NCBI GenBank assembly: GCA_040954595.2
Contig: CM082596.2
Coordinates: 3,899,025 to 3,963,024, forward strand
Reading direction: 5' to 3'
Source of the DNA: Balanoglossus misakiensis
Lineage: Eukaryota; Animalia; Hemichordata
Length of the DNA: 64,000 nucleotides
A model generated the notes under the pieces. The model did not search any database. It worked only from the letters and a program-made list of their open reading frames with translations, and had not been told where the DNA came from. This document shows positions 49,901 through 64,000 of this stretch, piece after piece. Made by a program: the position numbers and the translations under genes. Numbering within the stretch: the first letter of the stretch is position 1; every line of letters starts with the position of its first letter.

Positions 49901-52705
49901 TTTTTTTACTTGTGTGCATGGGTTTGTATTCTATTATCTGAGCACAACCTAATGGATTAAGCTGACTTCTGACCCTAGTAGAATTTCCCTCAAAGGAATA
50001 TACCGTGGGTAATTAATGAAGCCAAATAGGGTTACCTGATTACTGCTGATTACTGCCGGTGCATGAAAAATAACAATTTCACAAGGCTATTTCTCCCAGC
50101 ATGAAATAATTCCAATTTTGGCGACATTTACCCAAATAAGCCCTTTCCTGTTTTGTTCAATTTTACTGCACTCATTCTTAACAACAAGGCTCTACTTATA
50201 CACTGTGATAAACAATCAAATATAACTTGTTCAGATGCTACTCTCTATTTTCAATGTTAAAATTAATTTCACCTTCATATTAATATCTTATTTTAATACC
50301 CTAACCTTTCATAAAACAATGTTTTTCCATCAACAGATTATATTGATCTAGGTATCCTCATAACACCACTTATCTTCAGATAGAAAAAATACCATCGAGA
50401 CTTCTCATTGATTTGATGAGGACACAAACGAAGGTCATCACTTTCCCACCTCTGTGTGTATGGTGACTGTCTTCTCTAATGCTATGATCAGTCAGCTTTT
50501 TAGATTTTTTTTTTAAAGAGGAGTTTCGGTTCAGTTGAAAAGGCTATCTCTCACAATTACTCAAGCCAGTGTGAGGGTCCCCCTAGGCAATCATTCTGTC
50601 TGCTCTGTGGTTCTAGTTCCACCGTGACGCAATCTCTTCAGGGACTGTTTATTCGTCTCCCAGACAGCAAAAGTTAGTCCCTAATAGGCACTGACAAGGG
50701 CAATAACAAAGCAACCTCAGATCAAGAAAATGAATACCGCATCCTGTAGGGGTGTCTCGTTCAGAGGGAACCAAAGACGACTCCATTTAATTCAGTCCAA
50801 CAGGCTTTACACCCAACCCCCCCTTTTACCACAACTTCACCTGACAAATTTAATAGGATTAGCGAAAAACCCAGGACACGTGACTCCCAATTAGAAGCAT
50901 ATGTTCCATCATACAATGCTATGTCCACAGTTTCTTCTCAACATACGGATTCACAATGAAATTCCCACAGCTCAAGCCCAGGCCTCTAAACCCAACACCA
51001 GAAAACAGGTACATATAAGTAGTCTAGTATCTAGCCATGTTTTTTTCTGTTAGTTTTGGAAGCAAAGTGGATAAAACACGGCTAGATACTAGACAAGAAA
51101 ACAGGTGGACTGGCTTAAAACCCTGCCCAGTGAGTGACTCATACTGAAAGTATTACCCTGTTACCACGTCCCCCCCACACACCATAAAATGGGTGGAGAT
51201 CATAAAGTCATAGCGCCCACTGACTGTACGTGAGTCAGTTCAACAGGTCTTGACCTGTGGTCCTGACATTCACAGCCCCCACAGCAAGACTCTCTGATGC
51301 TCTCAATGTTGTAGGGTTTCTATCCTTATTACTCCATGAATACAGTACGGATAGGCAGTAAATATGCCTTCTGCTGTCTCTGTGATTGATTGTAATTTGT
51401 TGACAACTTGAAAGCACACACAAATGCACAATAAATCTTCCAAATACACCAGAATTAATGCAATCAATGAAATTACTTTGAACAAAGAGGTAGATTAATC
51501 AAATATGCAAAACAAGTGTATCTTCAAATTTTGTATCGTGTTTATTTTTAGATACTCTTGGCAACGAGACATTTGACCATAAATTTATATATGACTAAAC
51601 CTTCCCCAGAATGTGGCTGATTTGATCCCCTTGCCTCTGCCCCAGGACAACGCGCTGTGTAATTTTCATGCTCAGAGCACGGTTCATGCTTCTTCAGTGC
51701 ACATACTGAGGATAAATTGTGACATATGAGGTTTGAAGTTTAACGATCATTCTGGAAGCTGAATACATAATGTATGCCTTTTATATTCTCGCAAACACAG
51801 CAAAAAACAGTTAACTGCAAAATATTGCTCTTCTGAGAAAGGAACGATTGTAGAGGTTGAAGGCTTATTGCCATTCTCAGCGGTGAAATACACACACGGC
51901 CAACAAATTTTACTTAGTGGGAATTAACATAAATAAAGACAACGGGAAGAGAGTGAAAGTGGACATATATTCTGACAGTGTTGAATTATTGAGAATAATC
52001 AATATTATATCGGCACTTCGATAAAAATCTTGCAGGTGTGCAGCATTTACGTGATTTGCAAAACTAACAACTCCGTCCCACACTGATGTGTGTTTATAAT
52101 CCGCTAAACTCATGAGTATGACGTGCATGGCTATGAAATAGTCCAACCTGGGTCACAGTGTGAAACTGATATCCCTGGAAATCTTTTTGTGAGAAATTGT
52201 ATTAGTTATGGCACTTAGACTTAAAAGAAACTTACTGTTAAAATGTTTGCGGGTATTCATTTTTTTTTTAAATCCTAGTAGAAGCAGCACTAATAAACAT
52301 GTATTAAACAGAATGTGCAAAATGATGTATAGAAAATAGAGGAACTGTCATTTCATATTTTCTTTAAGCTTCACTTCATATGATAGATTATGTCTGACAT
52401 TACTCTCAATCTATTTCAGATCTGGATGAGAAATTCATTGTTGGGAAAAAAAGTCCATGTCTGGCTTAAGTTTTCTAACATACAGATTATGATTAATAGG
52501 ATTCTGTACACACCACACTGTCAGGGTGACTAAATGTTAAAGTATGGAGAAATATTGTTAGAATGTTTGATCAACAAATAAATATTTTATCACTTTTATG
52601 AGTACTTTAACAGATGACTGGTATTTGGTGCACATAGATCAACGTTGTTTGTAATTTATAAATTTCTGGTTATCTATATTTAATTTTCATTTCATTTCTT
52701 TGTTG

Positions 52706-52765
<60 letters not shown>

Positions 52766-55700
52766 CCCCCCCCCCCCTTCACTCTCTCAGCAGAGGAACT
52801 TCGGAAGGTACAAATAACACAAAAGCCTTCTAGTTAATCCACTCCACACTGAACAAGATTGAGACCGAAGCAGGAATGTAAAATGTAATCTTGGATTTTC
52901 CTAGCATACGGTGGGTGGTGCAGTGTACTGGCTTGGAGGCACCGGACATGAAGTAGTCAGTCGGAGGCAAAAAAAAAAACCAACCTGACATAACACAGTG
53001 GACATCCATTCATTACACTCGCTGACAGTTTAATCTCAATGTTGTAGACAACTCTCCAACTGTGAAGCAACTTCCAAGAAAAGGTTCTGCGCCGGCAGAA
53101 TTAATTGAAGGGATTATTTCAATGTGGATTATGATTTACGACATCCTTTGATTAATTAATCACAAATAAATGATCAAATTTGACGTGGCATTTATTTTGT
53201 AACTGCTTGATTAGCTAATTAATATTTATTTGTTTCATTCCGGTCGCCCGGTTTATTCCGGCAGTTTCTGTATAATCCTATGAATAATGAAAAGGAATGA
53301 CTGTAACATAACGACACAATTACATCCTGTAGTGAAGATCAGGCAGCCACAACACTACCTTTTAGATTTCATAATGAAGATCCCAAACTCCTGCCTGAAT
53401 GCAAATACATCAAGTTTACGATAAGCCACTGCAGATATCTGCCGATTCTTCATCAGATTTCCCACAAATCCCGCACACAGCTGAACAAATTCTCGTTTTG
53501 ATTCACTCTAGGAAATTACTCCCATTAAAAAGGTGGGGTAATTGATAGTACTTGTGAAGCGATGTGAGGAAGGGCATTCGCTGAATGGAATATCAACCCA
53601 TGATCATCTATGCAGGAGCAGTCCATCCTACCCAAGTCATCTATGATATGCTTAAATGCTAATACGAAACGCAAACCCATAAAATGAATGATGAGAGCAC
53701 ACACTTCAAATTCCTGATGTTATGTTTTCTAAAGATGGCCCTTTTGACAGTCACCAGTGACACATAGAGATTAAATTCTTTAAGGTGTGTGATTGATGCC
53801 TGCATATCTGTGTGAAGTATGTGCATAATATAATACACATGCACACACATATACATGTTTATACAAATACTACAGAACACTACAGGTAGAGTTAGAAATG
53901 CAAGCCATCAGTCTGCAATGTATTTGCTGTTTCGACATTTCCTCCACTTGATGTAAATCAAAGGTGACAAGAGCAGGGAAATAATTGGATTTCTGATCAA
54001 AAACCCCCACAAACCACTAAAAGGAATCTTCTTGTCAACACTTACTCCCTGACTGAAATGTTACAAACAAGACCCTGAGTACAATCATTCGAAAACAAAC
54101 GGAAAATTCTTTCAATTGAAGGTTACATGTACCACTGGGAGCCTGAAAATTTTGAAAGGAAACCAAAACAATGGAAGGAAGGAATGAATGCAGAATGCAT
54201 TTGCCTTCTATTATATAATGATTACCAAAAGGTGGATGTATCTTCTAAAGGACTGTGTTTGTTTCGTATTGGTAAATTACCTTTAAACCACCAAAATAGC
54301 CTTTTACGAGTTTCGTCACTGACAAAAATAAACTATCTTTAATATCCTCTTTAGTAATTATTTTTTCTCAAAAGTTTCTTCAAAAATCAAACAGCAATAT
54401 CGAGCTGTCTGACGAGCAAAATTTTAAACAAGTGTCTTTTTCCCACTTAGCTTTGTCATATCATAACAATTTCTTGACCTACACATAAGGACAAAGCCCA
54501 CACAAGACTTGTTTAACATTCCACAGTTCAAGTTGGCTTCGGAGTAAACTTTGACGGGACGCACTAAAAAGAGTACAACAAATACTACCAGTCTCAAGGA
54601 CTTTCTGCGAGAGGTTTTACTTACTTTTTGGGCAGGGTCCTTCACACTCCTGGCAAGCGCCATCTTTGGCGATTTTTCCCTCCGGACACGACTTGACACA
54701 GCTGCTCTGGTCCACCAGTAAATGTTCTACAAAAGCAACGAAGATAAAGATCCTTAGCCATCCTTTCCGCGCCATGTCGTACTATTATGTGTCTCCCGAC
54801 TACTTAACTCTCCCGTGATTCACCACCGTCTTGCGACAAACCTCCTGGTGTCTTAGAGGGCCTTGACGATCTCAAGCAAGAGTGACGTCAAGACAGTCAA
54901 GGCAAACAACCAACGCCTATCCTACACACCACCTTTTGTCAAGACAATGACGTCTTTTCAGCGCGAGTGAAAATTGACAGAGTGCATCCACATCTGGCAA
55001 GGGTTAGATTCTTGTGACCAATCTAAGTACATGAATGTTTCATTATGGGTATCTCATAGCAACAGAAAGGCATAGTGGTGGATTGCTCAGGAAGTTTATG
55101 ATAACTTCTCATGTTTCAACTGTGTTTTAAATTATAGTGCATTTCCATCCCACCCCTGTCCTCCTACGTGTACTCAGACCTCAGTGGTATCTTCCAGTTG
55201 GGACTGCTGTATTAATGGCCCCAACTTGTTTTTTTCTCACTATATGTGGTATCAGTCAAGAACCGAAATCAGAAAGCCAGTTTTACTCTACATTACTGCT
55301 CACTTGCTATGTGCTTCATAATGCACTTTTTATCGGATTTAGGTCACTGTCCAGTCGGTTTTAGTACTAATACAAACTTATCGAAAAGTAAAACAGCTAG
55401 CCACTTAGCCAATCCTCATGAGATTTCATAATGTAACCATGGTGAAATTGCCTATCTTGGAATCTGCCTCTTTTAAACCAGTGTAATCTGAAGCAATTTC
55501 CTTCAGTTCAAGTGAAACATCTACATTATTTGTATGGAAATAAGGAAGACCGTTGTTCCTAAGGAATGTCTGGAAATGGATTTACAAGTTCATGCAAAGC
55601 TGTGACAGGTTCTTTAATGGCAAAAACAGCTGCAGTCACACACGAATAATACAACCCCCCAAATAAAATAATTGCAGTTTCCTGAGGATGAGTAAGTCAA

Positions 55701-58168
55701 TGTTTCCTGCCTTTTAGCGAAATTCACACTAGAAGACTTTAAAGCACCAATTACGCTACAATAAAATGATTGCTTTCACAAGTGCCGAGCAAGGAAGCCC
55801 ATCTTTCTGTACGTCCTACAGTGAATGCCTACTAATGGTCACACATGAGTTCTCCAGTAACATACTAGAAACCTGTGTTGCCATGGAAACAGTTAATCAA
55901 ACAAAACTGATTTCCCCCAGGGGAATCTGTGCATTGATTGCGAGGTTAGATTTCTGTGACGTCCAGAATTACAACACAAAAACCAGTAATTGCTCATGTT
56001 ACTGATCAATAGATAGGGGCTGAGGCTAACCTCGTCTGAAAAATTCCACATCCTACTAAAATGTCCTTCAACAACTTGAACAAGTTCGGCCAGACATGTT
56101 GACCTACCTGGGCATTCCTTGACGCACTTTGAGCCGTACGCATATTTGGCGTTTGGATTCGGAACATTCTTGAATGCTGCTGGGTCGTAAATGAAAGGAT
56201 CCGGACACTCACTGACACAAGCTCCATCATCATCGAAATTCAGACAAGCCTAAGAGAGAGAATGGAATTCATTTTTCATTAGTTCATTTGGAAATAATAA
56301 AGTGATAACGTCTGTATGTATGTACATCCAAACACTGAAATATTCCTCGTTTCCACTTTCAGATAGTTTACATAATTTTCAATCACATAATTTCGAAAAC
56401 AAAGACAAGATACTAACTTCACAGTACTGACATGTAGAATGAACATTATTCATTGCTGAGATGCATTATATCATACATCATATCATATCAAATGTTTCAA
56501 GGAGATATCTTTGAGTTTAGAAAGTTGTATGTTTATACTAACCAAGCAGTCGGTATTTGATGGTCCAGTGCAGCCAGCAGCACAGCTCGGGTGGCAACAG
56601 TCTTGCAGGCTGGGACCGCTACAACGGTGATCACACTGTCCAGCACATGTGTTCTTTGTAACTACGGAAACAGAAGATAATTGTTGGAATTAGGATTGCA
56701 GGATACACATTATATTCAAGTTACTTACAGACACATATCAGTATATGGTGGAAGGCAGTATCATATATGTTGGATAGAACATCATCTCATGCCTAATGAT
56801 CAATGAATAAGATATTGAGACTTACTAATTTGGCAGTTTTCTGGTCCTGAACCCCAACAGGAACCAGATTCACACGACGGATCACATGTTTGAGGACCTA
56901 CAAAAGTGTAAAAAGAAATTATTTCAGAGCAAGAAGAAGACTGTGAAGTCTAGCAGATAAAAACTTTATACTATTAGTTTTAACATTATACTTTGAATTA
57001 GATTTGATAGCATTGTTATCATACACACAATAACCAAACAAATGTTACTATTTCATGGCCACTTTATCAAGTAATGTGTATCTTCTATTTTTTTTAAACT
57101 TACAAACTGTGTTTAATCTTTCACCCGGGTATAGGGCCACAGAGGCCCCTTCTGGTATGATATCACTCCAATTAACTGTGGAAATGTAACACAATTCTCT
57201 ATTTTGGGTGATGTTAACTCCTCCAGTGATGATTTCTGTGCATGGAAAGAAAGACCAAAAGAAAAGATCAATGTTAATGACAGAAAAAAAAGTCTTTCAA
57301 GATGCGGTCAGTCATTCTCGTTTCTACCGTACAATTTTGAAGTTACAACTCCAGAGGGAAACACTGCCGAGTGCGTATCCAGAACTTTTAACACCAGAGG
57401 GCTCCCTTCACCGCACCAGACCTGACTTTCACACCACTGTTCCGCCTTTCACGTACATTCACAGACACAATGACACCAGGGTAATATGCTCAACACTGGA
57501 AGTAGCAAGTACTTAACATCCGGCCAGTGTATTGTATACAAGTCATTTGTCAACAATTATCATGTACCTATGCCGGAACCAATCAGTTTTCTTTCTTCAC
57601 TTTTTTTAAAACTACTACAAGGCATGAAGTTGTTCACATAGTTCTTTATCTGATGTTCTAGTTTGTTCTAAGTTTAGTCCAAGTTGTAAAGCGGCAGCAT
57701 AGTTTTCAAGCAACAAACATTCACTTCAGACAATGCTTATATATTATATAAGTATCGTGCTCCCATAAGACCCCTTTCTGCTTGGGATGGCCCATTTTTA
57801 ACACGTAGTAAATTAATATTTCCTACCTTTTAATGAAGTCAACTGTAACTCCTTAAGGCCAACACCTTGATGTTCTTTGTCATAGTTCAAAACAACAAAA
57901 AGTGCATTTCCTTCGTACAGCGAAACTCCTCGTATTACCCGCAGATTCTTCAAAGGCACTACGTCGACATTATTAAGCCCAATGACAACATAACCGCTGA
58001 CTTCTCGGATGTCTTCCAGAAATGACAAATCACTGTTGCGATCTAATATGTTCGTGATTTCCAGATTTCCATCCACATAGGTACAGTTTGAGTAACGCAG
58101 TTTGAGTTGTTCATAGTGTTGGACCTTATCTTCAGGTCTTGAAAGATGGTTCGAGGTTCCTTTACAAA
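37908..58168 (-). CDS. EGFR: Full-length EGFR/ErbB-family receptor tyrosine kinase paralog B, 5'-partial (signal-peptide exon not found), 27 exons, about 1480 aa visible
   Basis: Minus-strand exons 58168-57827 and 57235-57104 (L1); 56897-56826, 56661-56543, 56249-56108 (CR1 with dimerisation arm [25 protein letters not shown]) and 54726-54625; 47444-47318, 47083-46919, 46740-46541 (L2); 46293-46161, 46039-45970, 45798-45656, 45458-45377, 45193-45110, 44885-44622, 44371-44091 (Cys-rich); 43834-43702 (TM); 43197-43177; 42802-42689, 42579-42481, 42327-41986, 41782-41560, 41435-41338 (kinase); 41225-41031, 40661-40469, 39881-39762, 38356-37908 (tail with DNPEY, YVNE, ending TTV*). All GT-AG and in frame. 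Confidence 0.93.
40846..40961. repeat. Nested palindrome in an intron of paralog B
   Basis: GCACTGGGCGCAAATGCTTACAGGCGGCCATTTTGAA-T-TTCAAAATGGCCGCCTGTAAGCATTTGC, internally duplicated, ending ACCCAGTGC. Confidence 0.9.
43177..43197 (-). CDS. 21-nt juxtamembrane microexon of paralog B (PLDTFAE)
   Basis: TTGCAG|CCT TTG GAC ACG TTT GCT GAG|GTAATT; restores E-PLTPSG as in vertebrate EGFR. Confidence 0.8.
52706..52777. repeat. (TCA)n microsatellite of about 19 units followed by poly-C
   Basis: Directly visible in the sequence. Confidence 0.97.
54625..54775 (-). CDS. Putative alternative first coding exon of paralog B (internal start, short isoform)
   Basis: GAC ATG G start at 54775 reads [16 protein letters not shown] through the acceptor TTTTGTAG (AG at 54728-54727) in frame into [34 protein letters not shown]. 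It is 151 nt, the same length as A exon 1, and homologous to it. Confidence 0.72.
54780..54970 (-). promoter_or_regulatory. Candidate internal promoter of paralog B
   Basis: Perfect CRE TGACGTCA at 54883-54890 and a near-CRE TGACGTCT at about 54949, in a locally CpG-richer patch 100-180 bp upstream of the internal ATG. Confidence 0.4.
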
Positions 58169-61100
58169 CTGTAAAAAATTTAAGAAAAAAAAAGTGTCGT
58201 CAATATTCTGAACAAGGACATCAAGTTCGCACTACTATGACATCAAAGTTAGGAATTCTTACATCATGAACTGGTAATTAAAAAGACATTAGAAATTATG
58301 AAAACCAGTTGATCCAATACATAACTTACTTTTCATATTGCACTGTATATATAGTACTGTTAATACCCAATATTGCACCAACCCCTTGTTCACCCACACA
58401 CACACTCATATAAACTAAACCAGGATCCCTCATATCTTTCATTTATACTACGAAGTCTGTTTATTTAAAAAACTTGATAATCACTTTCGTGTAAGAAGTC
58501 CATGATTGTTCAAAAACAATGCTAGTAGGAAGTATTTAAACAAAGAGTTCACACTTATTTAAATTGGAAATCTTTCTGAAGAAATAGGAAGCTATATCTT
58601 CCAGACATGACTGAGCAAGTTAAGTCTTTATTCTCTGAGAGTGTTACTTCCTATGAACTTCCTGTAAGAAATGTCTTGAATGGGTAATGTCCCTTTAAAG
58701 GTGCCCACAATGGTTGCCATGGCAGGGCGTGCAGGTACGCGCTCTGGGAATTCACGTCAACAATTGATGATAATGGACTATCTTTAATGAACAGTAGGAA
58801 GAGACCTCTCTTGATTGCAATCTCTGGCATGGGAATGGCTGAGTCGAGTTTTTTCTAACTGAACGGCGATTTAAATATCAATCTGATTCCAGTCTAATGT
58901 AGACAAGTCGAGCTCTCGTGAGATCAGCTGGGATGAATACAAACAGAGAGACCAACGTATAGTTTAATGTAGCCGTTGTAAAGTTCACAGTTGACTGATC
59001 ACTTTCATGGCTCAGGAAGCGTCAAACTCATTTGCATCTCTTGGAACAGTTTGAAGCCACTGTGAAGGAATACTAGAACGGCGCAACAATGAGCAATGGA
59101 CAAAGCCACGCTCACATGACTACAGGTATCTTTTGTCCAAGATGACGCTAAGTTTCGAATTCATTTTTTTTTTCTGGCTGAAGGAAATGGCTCTAAGTAT
59201 TCAGACCATTAAGATTTTAAGTAGGCTTCATGCGCAACAAAAATCAACTTTATGGACCAGTGGTTTCTGTATGCTATATGTATACACCTGGACTCTAACA
59301 GTATAGGAATTCAAACTGGAATATAAAGACATTTCTGACAGTGTACGTGACTGTTATAGATATGGATTTATATTGTTACCACAAACCAAAATAACTGTAA
59401 ATAAATGGAATTTGAATAAAATATTTGATTTTTATTCCCTTCCAAATGGCCAAGTTACAGTTTCATAGCACACACAAGATCACACAAAAACACCGATTTC
59501 AGGTTATCTGAGCATATGAAATCAGCGCCCTCCCACGACATGATTGACAAGTCTGGTATTGTACTGGGTAGTTTTGCCCACAGACAATCTGTTCGGTTGG
59601 TGATTTACAAACTGCACCACTTTTCTGAAATACAATGCTGTGCTTGGACTCCATCAACTCCAAAATCCTTTTGTTGGGAATGGAGTCCTTTAACTAATAC
59701 ATATGCGTAGGTTGATTTAAAACAGTACTTTGAAAAGGTCTGGTATACAAGGAACAGGAATCCAGCTGACTTCTAAAGAATAAATTACCTGGATTGTTTG
59801 CACTGAATGACACATAACAATTCTTGCCCAAACTTGTCCACGGCTAGTGTAAAAAAAACAACTATTGTTTGCTGCTTCACCAGTCTACAATTTTTTTTTC
59901 CTGTTTTCCTTCCACGAAAAAATCTAGCTGCTGGTTATAATCACAAATGTGCATACTGAATTGGTAACAACACTTAGCCATAAATCCAGAGAGCTTTGTT
60001 TTCTTAAAGAGAGACAGGGGCTTAAGCTTTTTTTTCTGAATATAAAAGTGAACAGTTAGGGATCAGGGTTTTTAGCCGGATCCTAAGACATTGTCCCGTA
60101 ATTGCCAAAGCTTCGTGTAATCACAACTAACGCTACCCGAACCCATGCTTTCACAGGATAGAGACCAACTGCTTTTTAATCCAGCAGTGTTGAAGAACTC
60201 TAAAACACTTTCACTTAATGGCGATTTGATTAGGTTTATAGAGTACAAGTAAATGCCTGTAAGGAGAACGGAATGAAATCTTTATTTTAATATACAGACA
60301 AGACCGATCTTGCATGAGTTTTACCTACAGGTTGCCTGCTGGTATGTTGCACATTGTTAATTTTCAGCGAGAGTTTAAACCCCTATGTCCTTTATTGTCA
60401 AATTAAAAGTATAAACCCCAAACGCTTCCTGAAAGTATTATGAATATATCTGGATTGGGGCATGTAAACGTCCACCACAAAGAAATCTCATAAGTGCACA
60501 CACACAAAAAAAACCTGATCAAAATAGTGTTAGATTTCCTCGAAAATCTTGTCAAATATACCGACTACAAAAAAGTTATTGTACTCAACAAAAAGTGGCC
60601 GCAATCTGTAGCCGGGAAGTGGAGTTGTTTACTTTGGGTTCTGAATTTTAAGCACGTTTTCCCTTTGTTCATTTTTACTATGAGTGTTCCTTGGCAAGTC
60701 GTATCAGTTAAACAATTACTGGTCTTATATAATTATCTATGATTTTTCGTTTTCTTCAAATAATTTCATTTACATGATTTGTTTTTTATCATTTAAATTC
60801 ATTAAATAAGCTATCAAAACAAGTACGTTAGTTTCATCGATTTCGCCTCTGACTTTAAATGTGAGAAAACATCATGTCTCACTCAGCTGTGACGGAATGT
60901 GAGGAAAAATGGACGCCACTCGGTTGTCTTCATAGCAACAGTAGTCAAGACCTCAAGAGGCACAAGAAAAGTGGGACGGGGAACGTGCTTTTAAAGAAAA
61001 CAGACAGAGGGTCTTTAAACTGACTTCCATCAAAAAACAAATTTCACCACAATGGGTTTTATGTACAGCTTGCATAGCCACACTGAAGTTTCTTTCCAAA

Positions 61101-64000
61101 GACAATTCTGCGCCGTACGCAGCGGACAATCAGGACTCTATTTCTTAAGTTCCCGGAGATTTGTAATGGACGCTTTCTTTAATGACTCAGATTTCAAATG
61201 TCAACAATAAAGTGAAGAATACATCTGTGGCAGCGATACACAACCTATAGCCTACATAAATTAATGTCATTGTGAGGGACTTTCCCACAGTTTCTACTGC
61301 ACATGTACGCGCAGATGTTCAATAGTGTGTGATTATAGAGCAACAAAGGAGGGAAAATACCCATGGAGTCACAAAACTCCCCAAGCGTAACTCTCCACCC
61401 ATTGGTTCGTCCCAGCCATTCCTTGACATTGAGTTTTTATGTACAAGACTCTCTGAGGTCACGCTATTCCCTGAGAAACGTATACGGTCAGGGGGGCTTG
61501 CCTTGTGAGGAAAAAAGCATAACATGTACACGTGCATACTCTGGTTTGATTACCATTATAATGACAAGCACATAGAGTCGCTCCACTTGGAATGGGAAAT
61601 GCGTGACCTGGCTGTGACCACGTTGAAAATCTGTATCACGAAGACCTGGATGTGACCGCTTTCAAAATCTGTAGTCCTCACAAAGACTTTCAGAGTGTAA
61701 ATGGCTTCACAATACTTTTTGCCTCAAATTTGCTCAGAATTTGTCATTGAGGTGTAATTGTCAATCACGACAAAAATATGACTGGGAATTTTATTCCTAG
61801 TTTAACATCAAGAAAAATATTTTCACAAAACCTTCCCACTTTCTCACAGACTACAGCTGTGAATGTGAGTTATCAACAGCAAGGTTACTTACAATGTATT
61901 TCAAACGAACCCAAGGGCACAAATTCCAAAGCAATTCCAATACATATCAATTATGATGTTTCTTAGTTCAGCTATCTCTGGTAACAACAGATCTTCCAAA
62001 CTTTCAGAAAAATACAGAGTTATGGATAAAAGTCGATATGCAACTTACATGTCCAAGGCATGGTTCCCCAAAGAGGGGGGATCTCTTCCTCCATTGACAG
62101 AATACAATTTCCTAAAACTCACCCTGATGACGATACATAGCTTACAACACGTAAAATCTAATTGCGATACAAAAATACTTCTACTAGGACACGGGTCTGA
62201 TGAATTTGTATATGAATGGACTAATACTGAGCACTATTAATCACAGTTGGGCGTTGTATGCTGGTTATGTTTGGGCTTGTTTCAGCACAGCGTACGACAG
62301 AAAACATCAATTTACTCCATTTATGAAAGAAATATGAATATTATCATGTGTCAAATATGCAAGTTGGGGCATGTTTTCCCAGCCTGTTTACAATACCTGG
62401 ATGAAGACGACCCCAGCCACTTTCTAAAGGATAAACTCACACACATCAGAGCTAACAAGTCCTCAATGAATATGCCGTAAAACAAAAACATCAAATTATA
62501 AAAATTAATTATTATTTTCAGCGGTTTAATAATCAGGTTTTGTCCAATTTGATAAACTATAAAACAGTCAGAAGTCAAGACAATCTTTGTGAATAGTAAT
62601 ATTTCTGTTCTCAGTGATGACTTTACATTTCAATTCAAGAATTTTCTTTTCTAGTTTACATTTATATTTAAAATTTTCACCCTATTCTAACAAATGAATA
62701 TCACACTCTTTAAGCGTGTGAAGCATTTCCAGAAAGGTCATTATAAAATGAACTAATTTCCAAAGCATAATCTTGGGATAATCTCACGACATAAAGAGGG
62801 GGAAAATAATTCTACACCTGCGATGCAAAAGATGCAGTCATGGCTGGAACAAGTAATGCCTCTCTATTACGGTATTTCTATTTATAACTGTAGAGCACAG
62901 TTACATGCTCGGCATTACTTTGAATACGTGATACACAGTACACCAACGCTGAAAAAACGTTATGTGCGTACGAGATGTGAATTTACATCAGACACAGTAA
63001 GCCCTCTACAGGTGGGTGAATCATGAAGTACAGACAACCTAAGGGGCCTTCGGTTATAACATCATCATGAGTTGCAAATTTGAACATCTCCTGTCCACTT
63101 GAATTTTATTTTTCAAACCGAAGAAAATTTCAGATGCAGGCAACAAGAGAAATATTATCACCCACGAAGCAAAAAGGGCAAAACAAAAGACACATATTAT
63201 ATTCAATTAAAATCCCCCCTTCTGTCCCCTATAGCGTTTTTTAATTTTCCCAAGGTTATCTCAAAGACAAATTTAATTTTGTAATATTTCAGAGCAAACA
63301 ACTCATTTGTCACCAGTGCACTTCAACTTTACTGTTTCATTTATTGAAAATGTTCACTTCCGATATATTGTCAAATAAGATTGACATTAATTTGCTGACC
63401 CACTGTTGGGATAGCAGGAAGGCGACATCGCCTGTTGCTAGACAACTTATACACAGGAGTCAGTCTCTACTGAAATATGAGAATCCCCCAAGTAGTCAGT
63501 TTTGCTTTAAATATTAACCATTTGTGGCTAATTTTGGCCTTCACATTTTTGTCTTCATAATCATAATCTACTGACAAGACAGATTCAATATAGCTGCATG
63601 AGATTTATGCCAGGAAAAAAAAAGTATTGTTGTGGTATTATCCTGTACAAACAATTCCACTAATGGATTATCTATGAAAAATTCTATATATCATTGTTAT
63701 CAGTTTAAAGGTCTGACGCAACATCTAGATATCTTACTCTGACATTTAGAAAATATAAAATATTCACAACCTCACACCCACTTGCTACGTCTTGACAAAA
63801 CATATCCGATGATTTCAGGACCTGAAATCGTTCTTGTGCAAACTTGCAAAGTGTCCTCTCAACCTTTAATTTCTGTGAAGTGATATTTCGCATGGGATGA
63901 AGGTTGCTCTTTATATTATAATACGAGTGGCTGTACAAGCCACATACAAAGATATCATACAAAGATATAAGGTACAGGTTGCTTTCATGAACTTTGGCGA

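Noticed and set aside
58169-64000. Signal-peptide first exon of paralog B
   Set aside because: No convincing ATG plus hydrophobic leader with a phase-1 donor was identified; it is probably beyond the window in a long first intron.

Overview
AT-rich eukaryotic genomic DNA from an animal, probably a marine invertebrate, with three intron-rich genes. (1) The 3' part of a puromycin-sensitive M1 aminopeptidase (NPEPPS-like, + strand, 99-5953). (2) EGFR/ErbB paralog 'A' (+ strand, 7914-30527, 20 exons, about 977 aa). It has an intact kinase but lacks extracellular domain I, nearly all of domain II and most of the C-terminal tail. (3) A full-length EGFR/ErbB paralog 'B' (- strand, 37908 to beyond 58168), convergent with A. 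The main observation is a naturally encoded EGFRvIII-like receptor system. Gene B hides an in-frame ATG and signal-peptide-like sequence inside the splice acceptor of its EGFR-exon-8-equivalent exon ([26 protein letters not shown]...). Gene A is a stand-alone duplicate of exactly that short form ([27 protein letters not shown]...), with rewired cysteines, a truncated tail and a kinase core apparently homogenised with B by gene conversion. Several MITE-like, palindromic and tandem repeats are also present, many carrying YY1-type AAAATGGC motifs. All exon calls were made by eye from reading frame, splice signals and family homology; no transcript evidence is available.
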